DNA from: Candidatus Nezhaarchaeota archaeon
GTDB taxonomy: Archaea; Thermoproteota; Methanomethylicia; Nezhaarchaeales; WYZ-LMO8
Assembly (NCBI GenBank): GCA_030055465.1
Contig: JASFYF010000001.1
Coordinates: forward strand, 698,447-762,446
Direction: 5' to 3'
Length of the DNA stretch: 64,000 nt
Made by a program: the position numbers and the translations under genes. Numbering within the stretch: the stretch's first letter is position 1; each line of letters opens with the position of its first letter. The notes beneath the pieces were generated by a model, which saw nothing but the letters and a program-made list of their open reading frames with translations, was not told the DNA's origin and made no database searches. Below, piece after piece: positions 46,706-57,253 of the stretch.

Positions 46706-47958
46706 CCACCAACATTATTCGTCCTCAAGACTTTTAGCTTTTCCGCATTTATCCTTCCGAGCTCAAGCGCGTCGACTATGGGCAGCCTCCTCCCCGCGAG
46801 CAGGTGAAGCAGTGCTCCCCCAGCGGTGCTCGTATACGTAACTTTATCCTCCGCGTTCAGCCTGCGGAGCGCTGTTGTTAGGTGCCCGCCGCTGATGATC
46901 GTTACGGACTTGCTGTCGGCGATGGCCTTCAGGACCCTGATGGTTGCCTTAGCGAACTCCTCCTCCTCGAATACTCCTAGGGGGCCGTTAGCTATCACGC
47001 TTCCAGCCCTCTGCACCTCGGAGGCTATTAGCTCAGCTGTCTCCAGCCCAACATCCTTTATCGCGTAGCCCTCCGGGATCTCGTCAACCGGGCAGTCGAC
47101 CCTTTCCCCGTTCTTCTCGACGGCAACGTCGACTGGGAGGAGGAACACGTCCTCCCTCCACTGCAGTAGCCTCCTAGCCCTCTCCACGTACCCGTTGAAG
47201 CCCTTATCCTTCTTCACGTTGTTGTTGGAGAGCTTGAGCCCCTTGGCTTCGAGGAAGACTGGCGCCAGCAGTCCGCCCACGACTATCTTATCCACGAACC
47301 CGGTTTTCGCGAGCGTCTCCACAACCTCCAGCCTATCTCCCACCTTTGCCCCTCCGAGCACGTAGACTATCGGCTTCCTCAGCTTTGGCATTAAGCTGTT
47401 TAGGGTTCTCAGCTCCTTTTCGACGAGCCTGCCGGCCAGCGACGGTAGAACGTACGCGAACCCGACGAGTGATGGCTGGGATCTGTGGGCCGCCGGAAAA
47501 GCGTCGTGGATGAACGCTTGGAATAGGGGGCTGAGCTTCCTCACCAGGAAGGTCTTGGCGCACTCCTCGATTGGGGCCTCTATGGTCTCCTCGGAGTAGA
47601 GCCTCGTGTTCTCAAGGAGGAGGACTTCGCCGTCTTTAAGCTTGGAAATCTCGCTTCTGGCTGCAGGCCCCATCACATCATCTATGAACTTGACGGGCCT
47701 CCCAACGTGCTTTTCGAGCAGCGCCGCGTGCGCCTCAAGCGATACGAAGTCGCTTTTGCCGGGCCTACCCTGATGGGACATCACCACAGCCTTGCAGTTG
47801 GCCAGCTCCCGCAGCGTTACGCTTGCCTCCTTTATCCTGTTCTCGTCGAGTATCTCCCCCTCAGACCCTATAGGGGAGTTTATGTCGACCCTGACCAGGA
47901 CCCTTCTGCCTTCGAGGTCGACGTCGTCGAGCGTGAGGAACCTGAACTGTGAGGCCAT
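46702..47958 (-). CDS. pgk: Phosphoglycerate kinase
   Basis: RVDINSP, SHQGRP, LLENTR, NGPLGVFE, STAGGA. Confidence 0.96.
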   Translation of the reverse strand: MASQFRFLTLDDVDLEGRRVLVRVDINSPIGSEGEILDENRIKEASVTLRELANCKAVVMSHQGRPGKSDFVSLEAHAALLEKHVGRPVKFIDDVMGPAARSEISKLKDGEVLLLENTRLYSEETIEAPIEECAKTFLVRKLSPLFQAFIHDAFPAAHRSQPSLVGFAYVLPSLAGRLVEKELRTLNSLMPKLRKPIVYVLGGAKVGDRLEVVETLAKTGFVDKIVVGGLLAPVFLEAKGLKLSNNNVKKDKGFNGYVERARRLLQWREDVFLLPVDVAVEKNGERVDCPVDEIPEGYAIKDVGLETAELIASEVQRAGSVIANGPLGVFEEEEFAKATIRVLKAIADSKSVTIISGGHLTTALRRLNAEDKVTYTSTAGGALLHLLAGRRLPIVDALELGRINAEKLKVLRTNNVGG

Positions 47959-48025
47959 AGCTCCTCTACCAAGTAAGTGTAATGTTGAGCATGCTTTATA
48001 TACGTTTAACAAGCATTGTAAATTG

Positions 48026-48499
48026 ATGAGCGGAGATCAACGAGCAGTGAGGCTTTACGTTTACATGGCTAAGGAGTGCGACCCCTACAAGTGCACGGCT
48101 AACAGGCTCGTCAAGGTCGGCTTAGCTAAGCCAATCCATAGGGTGAAGGAGATCCCCCGCGGCTGCGTGATCTTGAACCCCCTAGCCCCGGAAACCCTTT
48201 CAGCCCTGGACTTGGAGGCTGCGTTGGTCCATGGGATAACAGCGATCGACTGCTCGTGGAGGAGCGCTGAGGCCTTCTTCAGCAACGTTAAGCTTAAAGG
48301 CCTCCATCGAAGCCTCCCCAGGCTCGTGGCCGCAAACCCCGTGAACTTCGGGAACCCCAACGCGCTTTCCACGGCTGAGGCCCTTGCCGCCTCGCTGTGC
48401 GTGCTGGGCTTCCGCCCGCAGGCGGAGAGGATACTGAGCGTGTTCAAGTGGGGGTTGAACTTCCTCGAGATCAACAGGGGGCGGCTGGAGGCCCCGTGA
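48026..48499 (+). CDS. tsr3: 16S rRNA aminocarboxypropyltransferase Tsr3
   Basis: ECDP.KCT, IDCSW, LVAANPVNFG, LSTAEA, FKWG..F..IN. Confidence 0.93.
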   Translation: MSGDQRAVRLYVYMAKECDPYKCTANRLVKVGLAKPIHRVKEIPRGCVILNPLAPETLSALDLEAALVHGITAIDCSWRSAEAFFSNVKLKGLHRSLPRLVAANPVNFGNPNALSTAEALAASLCVLGFRPQAERILSVFKWGLNFLEINRGRLEAP

Positions 48500-48500
48500 T

Positions 48501-49388
48501 CTAGGCCTTGCACCTCATTATCATGTGCTCGATTATCGCCTCAGCGGGCTTAACGCCCGTGGCCTCGGATAGGCCCCGCCAGTCCGGGGCTGCGTTAACC
48601 TCGAATATCACGTAGCCCCTCTCCGGGTCCTCGGCTATGTCGACGCCTGCGTACCAAAGCCCCAAGGTCTCGCACGCCTTTACCGCCATCTCCCTCATCT
48701 CTTCAGGTGGATTGTACGCTTCTGCTCTGCCGCCCTGAGCAATGTTGGTGCGCCACTCTCCAGGCCTCGGGGCAAAGCGCTTTATCGACGCTAGGACATA
48801 GTCCCCCACCACGAACACCCTGACGTCGTAGTCGCTCTTATTTATGTACTCCTGAACGTAGATCACCTGGTTGAAGGCCACTATGGTCCTAAATATCCTG
48901 AAGGCAACTTCGGGGTCGTTGACCAAAACCATTCCGTAGCCGCGGGAGCCTATGAGGGGCTTTATGACCGCCTTCTCCACCCCCTTCACGAAGTTGTAGG
49001 CGAGGCCTATGTCCTCCGTTACAAGGGTTTTGGGGATGCGGAGGCCCGCCTTGGAGAGCATCATTAAGGCCCCGTACTTGTCTCTCGCCAGGGCTAAGCC
49101 CTCAACCGGATTCATGACGGTTACGCCCAGTGCCTCCATGCTTTTCAGGAGCGTTAGCCTTCTAACGTACTGCTCAACGCTGGTGACGCTGCCCAGGGAC
49201 CTGACAACCGCCCCGTCCACGTTCACTCTGTTTTTGCCGTAGAAGAGGTCGAACCCGCCGTTGAGCGATGATGAGAGGCTCGATATCCTCAGGAAGATGG
49301 GGGTCAGCCCCCTCTCCTTGATGTTTAGGAGGAGCTCCCTCGCCGGCTGGTCGGGCCTTTTAGAGTCGTGTATAACCGCTATCCTCAT
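48501..49388 (-). CDS. RimK-family ATP-grasp glutamate ligase (MptN/LysX-like)
   Basis: RDK, KPLIGSRG.G, QEYI, WRTNIAQGG, GVDI, EVN. Confidence 0.9.
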   Translation of the reverse strand: MRIAVIHDSKRPDQPARELLLNIKERGLTPIFLRISSLSSSLNGGFDLFYGKNRVNVDGAVVRSLGSVTSVEQYVRRLTLLKSMEALGVTVMNPVEGLALARDKYGALMMLSKAGLRIPKTLVTEDIGLAYNFVKGVEKAVIKPLIGSRGYGMVLVNDPEVAFRIFRTIVAFNQVIYVQEYINKSDYDVRVFVVGDYVLASIKRFAPRPGEWRTNIAQGGRAEAYNPPEEMREMAVKACETLGLWYAGVDIAEDPERGYVIFEVNAAPDWRGLSEATGVKPAEAIIEHMIMRCKA

Positions 49389-49646
49389 TATTCTCTGTCT
49401 CCCTCCACGCTTTTACGCGGCTTTTAGCTTAACTTTACAGTTTAGGGCAGAAATGAGTGGGCTTTATAAGTGCTTCCACCGAGGAGCGTTAGAAGGCCCA
49501 AGCGAGGCCGCAGCGCTGAACGAGAAAACGCGGTTTTTGGTTCGCCGCCTCGCCTCGAGGCGAGCTTGGAACCGGCAGCTTCGGCGGGGAGGCGTTGCGA
49601 AAAACTGAAATAATGAGGTTGGAGGAGTTAAAGGGGTAGATGCAAA

Positions 49647-50063
49647 GTGAATGATGGAGAGGACGTGGAGCTTGAACGGCTTAAGGCCAAGAAGATTAAG
49701 GAGCTGTTAAGCCCGCGGAAGGAGGGTCCTAGCGGCGTCATCCATGCGGACTCGGAGTCCTTCAGGGAGCTCTTGGAGAAGGAGACGCGCCCAGTGCTCG
49801 TGGACTTCTGGGCTGAGTGGTGTGCGCCTTGCAGGATGCTGGCGCCAATAATAGAGGGCTTGGCCAAAAAGTACTCGGGCAGGGTGGTTTTCGCCAAGCT
49901 GAACGTCGACGAGAACCCTGGGGTTGCAGCCCAGTACGGCATAATGGCGATACCAACCTTGATACTATTCGTCGGGGGCGTTGAAGTCGACAGGATTGTG
50001 GGTTTGGTGCCGGAGAAGCGCATAGAGGCGATGATAGAAGGCAAGCTCAAAGAGGGCTCTTAG
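49647..50063 (+). CDS. trxA: Thioredoxin
   Basis: DFWAEWCAPC, IPTL. Confidence 0.95.
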   Translation: MNDGEDVELERLKAKKIKELLSPRKEGPSGVIHADSESFRELLEKETRPVLVDFWAEWCAPCRMLAPIIEGLAKKYSGRVVFAKLNVDENPGVAAQYGIMAIPTLILFVGGVEVDRIVGLVPEKRIEAMIEGKLKEGS

Positions 50064-50089
50064 GCGTTCCCCACCTTCCTGCTGCAGCC

Positions 50090-52372
50090 TCACAACATCA
50101 TGATACCCGTCCTGCTCCTGTCCATCAGCTCCCTCTTCTTAGCCTCGTTCCATCCTGAAACCTCTTGGTAGTAGCCGGTCACCCTGCTCCAGTACCTCAC
50201 GTTTGATGAGCCGCAGTGAAGGCACTTTTCGAGGATTCCGCCGTCGACTTTCCCGCAGTCCTCGCATATTGTCAGGTCCTTGGTGTACGCGAAGTAGCCC
50301 ACCTGGGTTGTCTTCGCGATCTTGTAGGTGAGCCTCACCAGGGTTTCGGGGTGCGGATACGCCTCGCCGAGCCAGACGTGGAATATGTTTCCCCCGCTCA
50401 GTATCGGGAAGAACTTGTGCTCTATGCTTAGCTTCTCAGCTAGGGTTACGGGGGCGCCTACGTAAACGTGGGTGCCGTTGCTGTAGTATATGGGCACATC
50501 CCTCACGCCGTCCCTGAGCAGCCTGAGCGCGGCGTCGACGTCTCCTTTAACGACTTTCAGGGCCTTATCCCTGAAGGCCGGCGACACCACGTCGCTTACG
50601 GCGAGCCTCTGAGCGCAGCTCTCCGCGGGGGTTCTGGCCAATGCCAGCTTCACGTCGTGCCTCCTCTCCAGCTCCTCCTTGTACTTCCTCATTTCGAGCA
50701 GCAGCTTAACCAGCAGCTTAACAGCGGTTTCATGCTCGTGAAGCTGGTAGCCGGTGTGCCACTGGGCCATCTCGTTTCCGCCTACTATCCCTATGGTGTA
50801 GACGAGCTCGTTGAAGTCCACGGCGGGCGGCCCCCTGCTGCCCGTCTTCGGGTCCAGCGGCCTCTGCGTTGCGAATGGAAGCCTGTTGTACTGTATCATG
50901 CTGTCCATCCACCTCTTCTTGGCCTTGAAGACCTCAACGCATAGGTTCATGGCTTCGAAGGCCTTCTCAACTAGCACGTCGTCGTCGCCGCTTGACTGGT
51001 AGGCGATCCTTGGGAGGTTTATAGTGACCACCTGCCAGGCCCCCATGCTGAAGTGCTTGCCGTCCACGAAGTTCATCTTATCGTAGAACTCCGGGTCGTT
51101 GTCCGGGGTCTCCGTGAAGGTGTAGGCGCAGCACTGGTAGCAGGAGACGCCCTTCCCGTACCCCCTGTAGGAGGGGATTGCGTTGTCGAAGTAGGGGGTC
51201 CCGTACTTGGCGACCACCTGGTGCACCAGCAGCCAGTCCTCGTAGAACTCATCCCTCAGGCTTTCGGGGGTTAGGTAGCCTTCAAGCTTGGGGAAGTTGA
51301 AGGGCTTACCCCAGTAGTCGCCCTTCAAGGCCACCTCGTATATTGCCCTGAAGAACATCTCCGCCTCGCGTTGGTAGTCGCCGTAGACGTCTGGGCCAAC
51401 CCTTCCGCGAGCCACAACGGGCTTATCCCTCCATATCTCTGGTATGGTTGGCGTCAACTGTATGTTCGAGAAGACCAGCTGGCCCCCCCTCGCAACGTAG
51501 GCCTGCGTGAGCTCGTAGAACATCATCTGGGCGAGCTGCTTCACCTGCCTGTAGCTTAGGCCCCTCAGGTAAGGGGCTAGGAATACGTTGTAGTTGTAGA
51601 AGCCCTGCCCGCCCGCGAAGTTTGTTTGGGCCGCCGCCAGGACCTTAACCGTGTGGAGCACGGCCACCTCTGGATGCATGGCCGGTCCCGCAACGCTCGT
51701 CTTGAAGCCGGTTCCATCCGGCATTAAGCCGTAGTAGAAGAAGTACCTGAGATCCCAGTCCTGGCAGAAGGGCCTAACCCCGAAGTACTCCAAGTCGTGT
51801 ATGTGGATGTCGCCCTTTAGGTGGGCGTCCCCAACCTTGGGGTGGAGGAGCAGCAGGTACTGCTCCTTTGAGAGCTTATCCGCCTTCTTCTTGTGCGCCG
51901 TCTCGGCGTTCGGCTGCAGGTTGGCGTTCTCCTTGGCCTCGAACCCGAGGCCTAAATCTATTAGGTAGGCGTCGTATACCGGCGCGCCAACCCTTGTGAG
52001 AATGTTCCTGTAAATCACGTATTCCGGGTGCTTATCCGACCTCTCCAGCAGGACGTTGTTGACGAGCTCCCTTATGAGGGCCCCGCTGGCGAACCTGCAC
52101 TTCATCTCCGTGACCCTTCTTTCAACTTCCTGCGCTATGCCTTCAGCCTCTTTGGCGTCTATGGGTGGGATGTCGAAGAACTCCTCGGCCAGCTTGGTTT
52201 CCTTTAAGAGCTGCTTCACTATTGCCTTTCTATCCCACGGAACCATGTAGCCGTCGCTCGTCCTAACAAGCGGCTTGCCGGCCACGTAGTGGGAGGCAGC
52301 CCTAAGCCAAGCTTCAAGTGAGGCCTGCTTAGCCTCTAGGGGGGGCTTCTTGTTGTTCCTGCGGCTCGTCAC
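50090..52372 (-). CDS. nrdD: Anaerobic (class III) ribonucleoside-triphosphate reductase
   Basis: ATP cone, GDIHIHDLEY, TPAES, CxxC..CxxC, RVTGY glycyl-radical loop. Confidence 0.96.
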   Translation of the reverse strand: MTSRRNNKKPPLEAKQASLEAWLRAASHYVAGKPLVRTSDGYMVPWDRKAIVKQLLKETKLAEEFFDIPPIDAKEAEGIAQEVERRVTEMKCRFASGALIRELVNNVLLERSDKHPEYVIYRNILTRVGAPVYDAYLIDLGLGFEAKENANLQPNAETAHKKKADKLSKEQYLLLLHPKVGDAHLKGDIHIHDLEYFGVRPFCQDWDLRYFFYYGLMPDGTGFKTSVAGPAMHPEVAVLHTVKVLAAAQTNFAGGQGFYNYNVFLAPYLRGLSYRQVKQLAQMMFYELTQAYVARGGQLVFSNIQLTPTIPEIWRDKPVVARGRVGPDVYGDYQREAEMFFRAIYEVALKGDYWGKPFNFPKLEGYLTPESLRDEFYEDWLLVHQVVAKYGTPYFDNAIPSYRGYGKGVSCYQCCAYTFTETPDNDPEFYDKMNFVDGKHFSMGAWQVVTINLPRIAYQSSGDDDVLVEKAFEAMNLCVEVFKAKKRWMDSMIQYNRLPFATQRPLDPKTGSRGPPAVDFNELVYTIGIVGGNEMAQWHTGYQLHEHETAVKLLVKLLLEMRKYKEELERRHDVKLALARTPAESCAQRLAVSDVVSPAFRDKALKVVKGDVDAALRLLRDGVRDVPIYYSNGTHVYVGAPVTLAEKLSIEHKFFPILSGGNIFHVWLGEAYPHPETLVRLTYKIAKTTQVGYFAYTKDLTICEDCGKVDGGILEKCLHCGSSNVRYWSRVTGYYQEVSGWNEAKKRELMDRSRTGIMML

Positions 52373-52668
52373 GGCTTTCCACCTTCACTCCGGGCCCCGC
52401 CTACTATCCCGCGCAGCCTGTCGAGCAGGAGCTTGTCGCCCTCGAAGAGGTCTTGAACGTAGAAGAAGCTGCCCTCAACCTCCAGTGCGGGCACCTCCGT
52501 TAGGAACACGTCCCTCATTATCAAATCGGCCATCACGTCGCTGTTCGAGACGTCTAAAGCCTCGTACTCCACCTTCATCTCGCTTAGCGCCCTCTTGAGG
52601 CCCTCACACCTGGGGCATTGAGGGGAAACGTAGACTTTGACCTGCACCACGATGAACTTGCCCTCCAA
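52369..52668 (-). CDS. Glutaredoxin/NrdH-like redoxin
   Basis: CPRC active site, VP cis-Pro motif; coupled to nrdD. Confidence 0.88.
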   Translation of the reverse strand: MEGKFIVVQVKVYVSPQCPRCEGLKRALSEMKVEYEALDVSNSDVMADLIMRDVFLTEVPALEVEGSFFYVQDLFEGDKLLLDRLRGIVGGARSEGGKP

Positions 52669-52780
52669 GTAAGCTTTAGGTTGACCGCCTCTTTAAGGCT
52701 GCCGCTAGTTCTCGGGCACTTCGAGGCGGAGGGGACGAAATATAAAGGCCAACCCCTACACCCACTGCAGGGGGAAACTC

Positions 52781-53638
52781 GTGTCCAGCGATTTGCGGTT
52801 GGCTGTTGAGAGGGCCAAGGAGGCATTGAAGGGGTCCCTGGAGGAGGTGGCGCGCGCGAAGAGCCTGCTGCCGCCTAAGGGCTCGCCCGTAGCCCCAAGG
52901 CTCGACGTGGCCTTGTTCTTCGTTAGGAGGGCGATGGCCGTCCTGGAGGGTCTCTCCGTAATCGATGAGGGCGGAGCCCTAAGGCAGTTTGAGGGCGAGG
53001 TCTTGGACATAGAGGTTGAACGGGATGTGCTTGAATTCAACAGGAGGGTGGCCCTTGAGAACAGGAGGATCCTCGACGAGCGCGGCGTAAGGGCCGTGGA
53101 CTTCATGGGGTCCCTGGGCGCCGGCAAGACCTCGCTCATAGAGGCTTTGATAAGGAGGCTGAAGGAGAAGTACAGGGTGGCGGTGATAGTGGGGGACGTC
53201 GCCTCCTCGGTTGACGCCGACAGGATTTCGAGGTTGGGGGTGAAGGCCATCCAGGTTAACACTGGAAGGGAGTGCCACCTGGACGCCCAGCTTGTCAGGC
53301 GCGCCCTTGAAGCCCTAAACCTCGGCGAGGTTGACCTTCTCTTCATAGAGAACGTGGGCAACTTGATCTGCCCAGCGGACTTCCCGCTTGGGGCCCACAG
53401 CCGAGTTGTCGTCATAAGCGTGAGCGAGGGCGGAGACATGGTTTTAAAGCACCCGCTGTCCTTCAGGGACGTGGACCTAGTCGTAGTGAACAAAGTTGAC
53501 GTCGCCGACTCGTTTGGGGTTAAGCCCCAGGATCTCGCGGAGGACGTGAGGAGGGTGAACCCCAAGGCGAATGTGGTTTTGTCGAGCGTGAAGACAGGCC
53601 TCGGCATCGACGACGTCGTGAAAGCATTAAACCTATAA
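52781..53638 (+). CDS. hypB: Hydrogenase nickel incorporation GTPase HypB with N-terminal extension
   Basis: GSLGAGKT, CHLDA, ENVGNLICPA.F.LG, NKVD. Confidence 0.95.
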   Translation: MSSDLRLAVERAKEALKGSLEEVARAKSLLPPKGSPVAPRLDVALFFVRRAMAVLEGLSVIDEGGALRQFEGEVLDIEVERDVLEFNRRVALENRRILDERGVRAVDFMGSLGAGKTSLIEALIRRLKEKYRVAVIVGDVASSVDADRISRLGVKAIQVNTGRECHLDAQLVRRALEALNLGEVDLLFIENVGNLICPADFPLGAHSRVVVISVSEGGDMVLKHPLSFRDVDLVVVNKVDVADSFGVKPQDLAEDVRRVNPKANVVLSSVKTGLGIDDVVKALNL

Positions 53639-53700
53639 CTGCAGCCAAGCTATATTAGCTCGCATCGGCTTTAAAATTGTGGCTAGGAGGAAAACCCGCT

Positions 53701-54741
53701 TTGAAGGCGTCGGAATACGCGTATGGCGTCGCCAGGGTTAGGGCCAAGAGGGCCTTCATGTTGAAGGTCGAGGACTACGAGGCGCTTCTAAGGGCCCCCG
53801 CGTTCCACCAGGCCCTAGCTCAGCTTCAGCCGGTAAGCGATCTCGCCCGCGATGCACCTCAGACGAGCGATCCTCGAGGGCTTGAGAGGCACCTGAGCGA
53901 TAGGTTCCTCGAGATCCTGAGGTCCGTGTCCAAGACGGTTAAGGGAGATGCCAGGCTCTTCTTGGAGGCAGCCTTCAGCAAGTACGAGTACGAGACCTTG
54001 AAGGCGTTGCTCAAGGCTAAGTTCATGGGCCTAAGCGAGGAGGAAACCTGGTCCATAGCCCCCCCGATGGGGATCTTCAGCGGCCCGCTGTACTCGTCTA
54101 TGGTGTCCGCTAGGGGGGTTGAGCAGGCGGTTGAGCTCATCCCTCAAGGCGAGCTTAAGGCCGTAGTAAAGGAGGCGCTCAAGGACGCCGCGGAGCTGAA
54201 GACTCCTCTACCGCTGGAGACGAGACTGGACAAGTGGTTTTACCTTAAGCTGTGGGGGCTAGCCAAGAAGCTTAGGGGAAGCGATGGGGAGTGGGCTACC
54301 CACTTGGTTGGAGTAGAGGTGGACGTAAAGAACATAATGGTGCTCCTGAGGGGTAAGGAGCTTAACCTGCAGCCCGCAGCGCTGGACGGGATGTTCCTCC
54401 CCATCTCCTACAAGCTTCAGCTGGACCTCAGCTCCCTAGCACCTCAGCCCCTGCCCGCGGTCCTCCAGGCGCTGTACCCAACATACTACGGCGCGGCCGT
54501 CTCCCCCTTGGCTAAGGACTCAAGAGAGGTAGAGCGAAACCTGCAGATCCTCTGGGTTAACGAGAACGAGTCCGTGTTCCTCCACTACCCGTTCACCGTG
54601 GGCAGCATCTACGCGTACGCCAACCTGAAGCACCTGGAGCTCAAAGATCTCAGGGCCCTGCTGCTCTCGAAGCTCTTAGGCGTACCAGCTGAGAGGGTTG
54701 CGCCGCTTATGGTTAGGTTCGCGGAGAGGCTGTCGGCGTAG
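53701..54741 (+). CDS. atpC: A/V-type ATP synthase subunit C
   Basis: YAY..ARVRA; V-ATPase AC39-like helical pattern; EVDVKN, ELKDLR. Confidence 0.85.
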   Translation: MKASEYAYGVARVRAKRAFMLKVEDYEALLRAPAFHQALAQLQPVSDLARDAPQTSDPRGLERHLSDRFLEILRSVSKTVKGDARLFLEAAFSKYEYETLKALLKAKFMGLSEEETWSIAPPMGIFSGPLYSSMVSARGVEQAVELIPQGELKAVVKEALKDAAELKTPLPLETRLDKWFYLKLWGLAKKLRGSDGEWATHLVGVEVDVKNIMVLLRGKELNLQPAALDGMFLPISYKLQLDLSSLAPQPLPAVLQALYPTYYGAAVSPLAKDSREVERNLQILWVNENESVFLHYPFTVGSIYAYANLKHLELKDLRALLLSKLLGVPAERVAPLMVRFAERLSA

Positions 54742-54764
54742 GTTAAGGGCCTTAAAAAAGAGGG

Positions 54765-55040
54765 TTAAAGAAGCCATTTTAGCGGTATGTCTTGGTAGTG
54801 GCCGCTTGGCAGCCTCCTCCTTATCGTTATCGGCAGGACCCCTAACTCCAGCTCCTTCGTCGCGATGTTTATGGGGTCCTTATTGTTCAGCTGGGAGATG
54901 TCCACGAGCACCGGGGCCCCCATGGATATCTGGAGGGCCCTAGCGCCGATTATCCTAGCGCGCTCGTACTTGGTGAGCTTGGGCAGCCATACCTTCACTT
55001 CTTCAGCCTTTATCCTGCGGTTGCTGGTTTTCGCCTTCAA
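54765..55040 (-). CDS. rpoK: RNA polymerase subunit Rpo6 (K)
   Basis: [22 protein letters not shown]. Confidence 0.97.
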   Translation of the reverse strand: MKAKTSNRRIKAEEVKVWLPKLTKYERARIIGARALQISMGAPVLVDISQLNNKDPINIATKELELGVLPITIRRRLPSGHYQDIPLKWLL

Positions 55041-56671
55041 AACTCTTCCTCGCCGAATTTAGGCGTTTCCCTCTCTTTTTCTTTTTCCTTCTTTGGAGGC
55101 GATGCAGCTATGACGTCGTCTATCTTCAGCACCATTATGGCCGCCTCGGTTGCCGACTTCAGGGCCTGCCTCTTGACGACGAGGGGCTCGTAGACGTTCA
55201 GCTGCTTCATGTCCACTAGGTCACCTTTGAGGACGTTGACCCCGTAGCTCTTCATTCCCTTCTCGTGGTATGACCTCAGCTTAACCACTATGTCGAGTGG
55301 GTCGAGGCCTGCGTTCTCCGCGAGTATGGATGGTATCACCTCGAGCGCGTCTGCGAACTTCATTGCGGCCAGCTGCTCCCTGCCGGGCAGGCTTCTAGCC
55401 CAGTCCCTGAGGGCTAGGCTGAGCGATATTTCGGGGGCTCCGCCGCCCGGTAGGATCTTGGGCTCCTGCACTATGTTCCTGACGACGCACAGCGCGTCGT
55501 GTATGGACCTCTCCGCCTCCTTTATGCTCATGTCGCTGCTTCCCCTGATGAGGATTGAAACGGCCCTCGGGTTCTTGCAGCCCCTCACGAAGATCATCTT
55601 CTCGTCCGCTACCTTAACCTCCTCAACCAGCTCGGCCTCGCCTAGGTCGCCCTCGCTCATGTCCTCTATGCTGGTCACTATCTTGGCACCCGTCGCCTTG
55701 GCCAGCTTCTCTATGTCGGACCTCTTAACCCTCCTAGCAGCCATTATGCCCTTCTTGGCTAGGAAGTGCTGGGCCACGTCGTCTATGCCCTTCTCGCAGA
55801 AGACGACGTTCACTCCCACTGAGGCTATCTTCTCCACCATCTTTTTGAGGACCTTTGTTTCCTCGTCTAGGAATGCCTTCATCTGGTCCGGGCTTGTTAT
55901 GTTGATCTTAGCCGTTATCTCTGTCTTCTCTATTTCGAGCGGCGCCTCGAGGACGGCTATCTTCGCGTTGCGGACTATCTTGGGCATCCCGGCGTGCACG
56001 ACCTCCTTGTCTATGACGAGGCCGTCTATCAGCATGCTTTCGTTGAGCGATTGACCCCTCTTTTTCTCGACCTTCACGTCGTCTATGTCAACGAACCACT
56101 TGTCGCCCCTCTTCTGCGCTACCTTGAGGACGGCCTCCACAGCGTACTTGGCCAGCAGGTCCCTTGAGCCAGCAACAGAGGCCTTGCTGCTCAGGGACGT
56201 CAACGCCACCTTCATCAGGACGTCCTTGTCAACTGGGTCTACGGGCATCGCTATGTTCTCAAGGGTCTCCAAGGCCTTGTCCAAGGCCTTCCTGTAGCCG
56301 TCAATCACCACGGTGGGGTGGACGTCCTGGTCCAGGAGCTCCTCGGCGTTTTTGAGGAGCTCGCCGGCGAGTATCACGGCCGTTGTGGTTCCATCGCCGA
56401 CCTCTGAGTCTTGGGCCTTGGCCACCTCGACCATCATCTTGGCCGCTGGGTGCTGTATGTCCATCTCCTTTAGTATCGTTGCTCCGTCGTTGGTTATTGT
56501 GACGTCCCCGAAGCTGCTGACCAGCATCTTGTCCATGCCTCGCGGGCCGAGGGAGCTCTTCACGGTTTCGGCGACTATCTTGGCAGCCATTATATTGGCT
56601 CTTTGAGCTTCACGACCTACGGTTCTGCTTGTCCCCTCTTTAAGGACGAGGACAGGGAGTGTTGCCGACAT
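55037..56671 (-). CDS. ths: Thermosome (group II chaperonin) subunit
   Basis: [24 protein letters not shown]. Confidence 0.97.
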   Translation of the reverse strand: MSATLPVLVLKEGTSRTVGREAQRANIMAAKIVAETVKSSLGPRGMDKMLVSSFGDVTITNDGATILKEMDIQHPAAKMMVEVAKAQDSEVGDGTTTAVILAGELLKNAEELLDQDVHPTVVIDGYRKALDKALETLENIAMPVDPVDKDVLMKVALTSLSSKASVAGSRDLLAKYAVEAVLKVAQKRGDKWFVDIDDVKVEKKRGQSLNESMLIDGLVIDKEVVHAGMPKIVRNAKIAVLEAPLEIEKTEITAKINITSPDQMKAFLDEETKVLKKMVEKIASVGVNVVFCEKGIDDVAQHFLAKKGIMAARRVKRSDIEKLAKATGAKIVTSIEDMSEGDLGEAELVEEVKVADEKMIFVRGCKNPRAVSILIRGSSDMSIKEAERSIHDALCVVRNIVQEPKILPGGGAPEISLSLALRDWARSLPGREQLAAMKFADALEVIPSILAENAGLDPLDIVVKLRSYHEKGMKSYGVNVLKGDLVDMKQLNVYEPLVVKRQALKSATEAAIMVLKIDDVIAASPPKKEKEKERETPKFGEEEF

Positions 56672-56749
56672 GGTTATCACCTAGGTAAGCAAGTTCAGAG
56701 TTTACAATAAACTGCTTCTATATAAATTTAACCGAAGATCGTGGGGCCG

Positions 56750-57253
56750 TCAATCCAAGCTCAGGAGCATTATGTAGGCGTCTTCGCCGTCCCCGTAGTA
56801 CCTGGGCACCCTCCTGGCCACCTTGAAGCCCAGCTTCTTGTACAGGTTTATGGCTGGGTCGTTGGAGACCCTGACCTCCAAGTAGACCTCTTTGACGTCC
56901 CTGCTTCGGATCGCCTCTATCGCCTTCCTGAGCATGCCCTCCGCTATCCCCCTCCTCCTAGCGTGTGGCATCACCGCGAGGGATATGACGTGCCCCTTCC
57001 AGCAGGCGCCGCCCGCGTGGGGGCGGTGGCTGAAGCCCCTGTCGATCCTCGTCATCACGTAGCCCACCACCTCCCCCTCCAGCTCGGCCACCCAGAAGCC
57101 TTGGGGGAACTCCCTGAAGTGATACACGAAGAAGTCCGGCGTGTAGTTTTCGGGGAGGCAGGACCTGTTGATGTTGAGGACGCTTGCGAGGTCCTCCTCC
57201 CTGAAGGGCCTTATGATGTACTCCGGGCCCTCGCCTTTCCTCAAAACGCTCAC
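56750..57253 (-). CDS. ard1: N-terminal acetyltransferase Ard1/RimI
   Basis: LPENY, GHVISLAV, RRRGIA, LEVRVSN, YYGDGEDA. Confidence 0.93.
   Translation of the reverse strand: MSVLRKGEGPEYIIRPFREEDLASVLNINRSCLPENYTPDFFVYHFREFPQGFWVAELEGEVVGYVMTRIDRGFSHRPHAGGACWKGHVISLAVMPHARRRGIAEGMLRKAIEAIRSRDVKEVYLEVRVSNDPAINLYKKLGFKVARRVPRYYGDGEDAYIMLLSLD

Noticed and set aside
47792..48025. Long N-terminal extension of the Tsr3 ORF
   Set aside because: Antisense overlap with pgk; family homology begins at about 48026-48047
52756..56054. Long antisense ORFs (e.g. 52756-53607, 55290-56054; also 25248-26015, 36885-37508)
   Set aside because: Ser-rich shadow frames opposite well-supported genes
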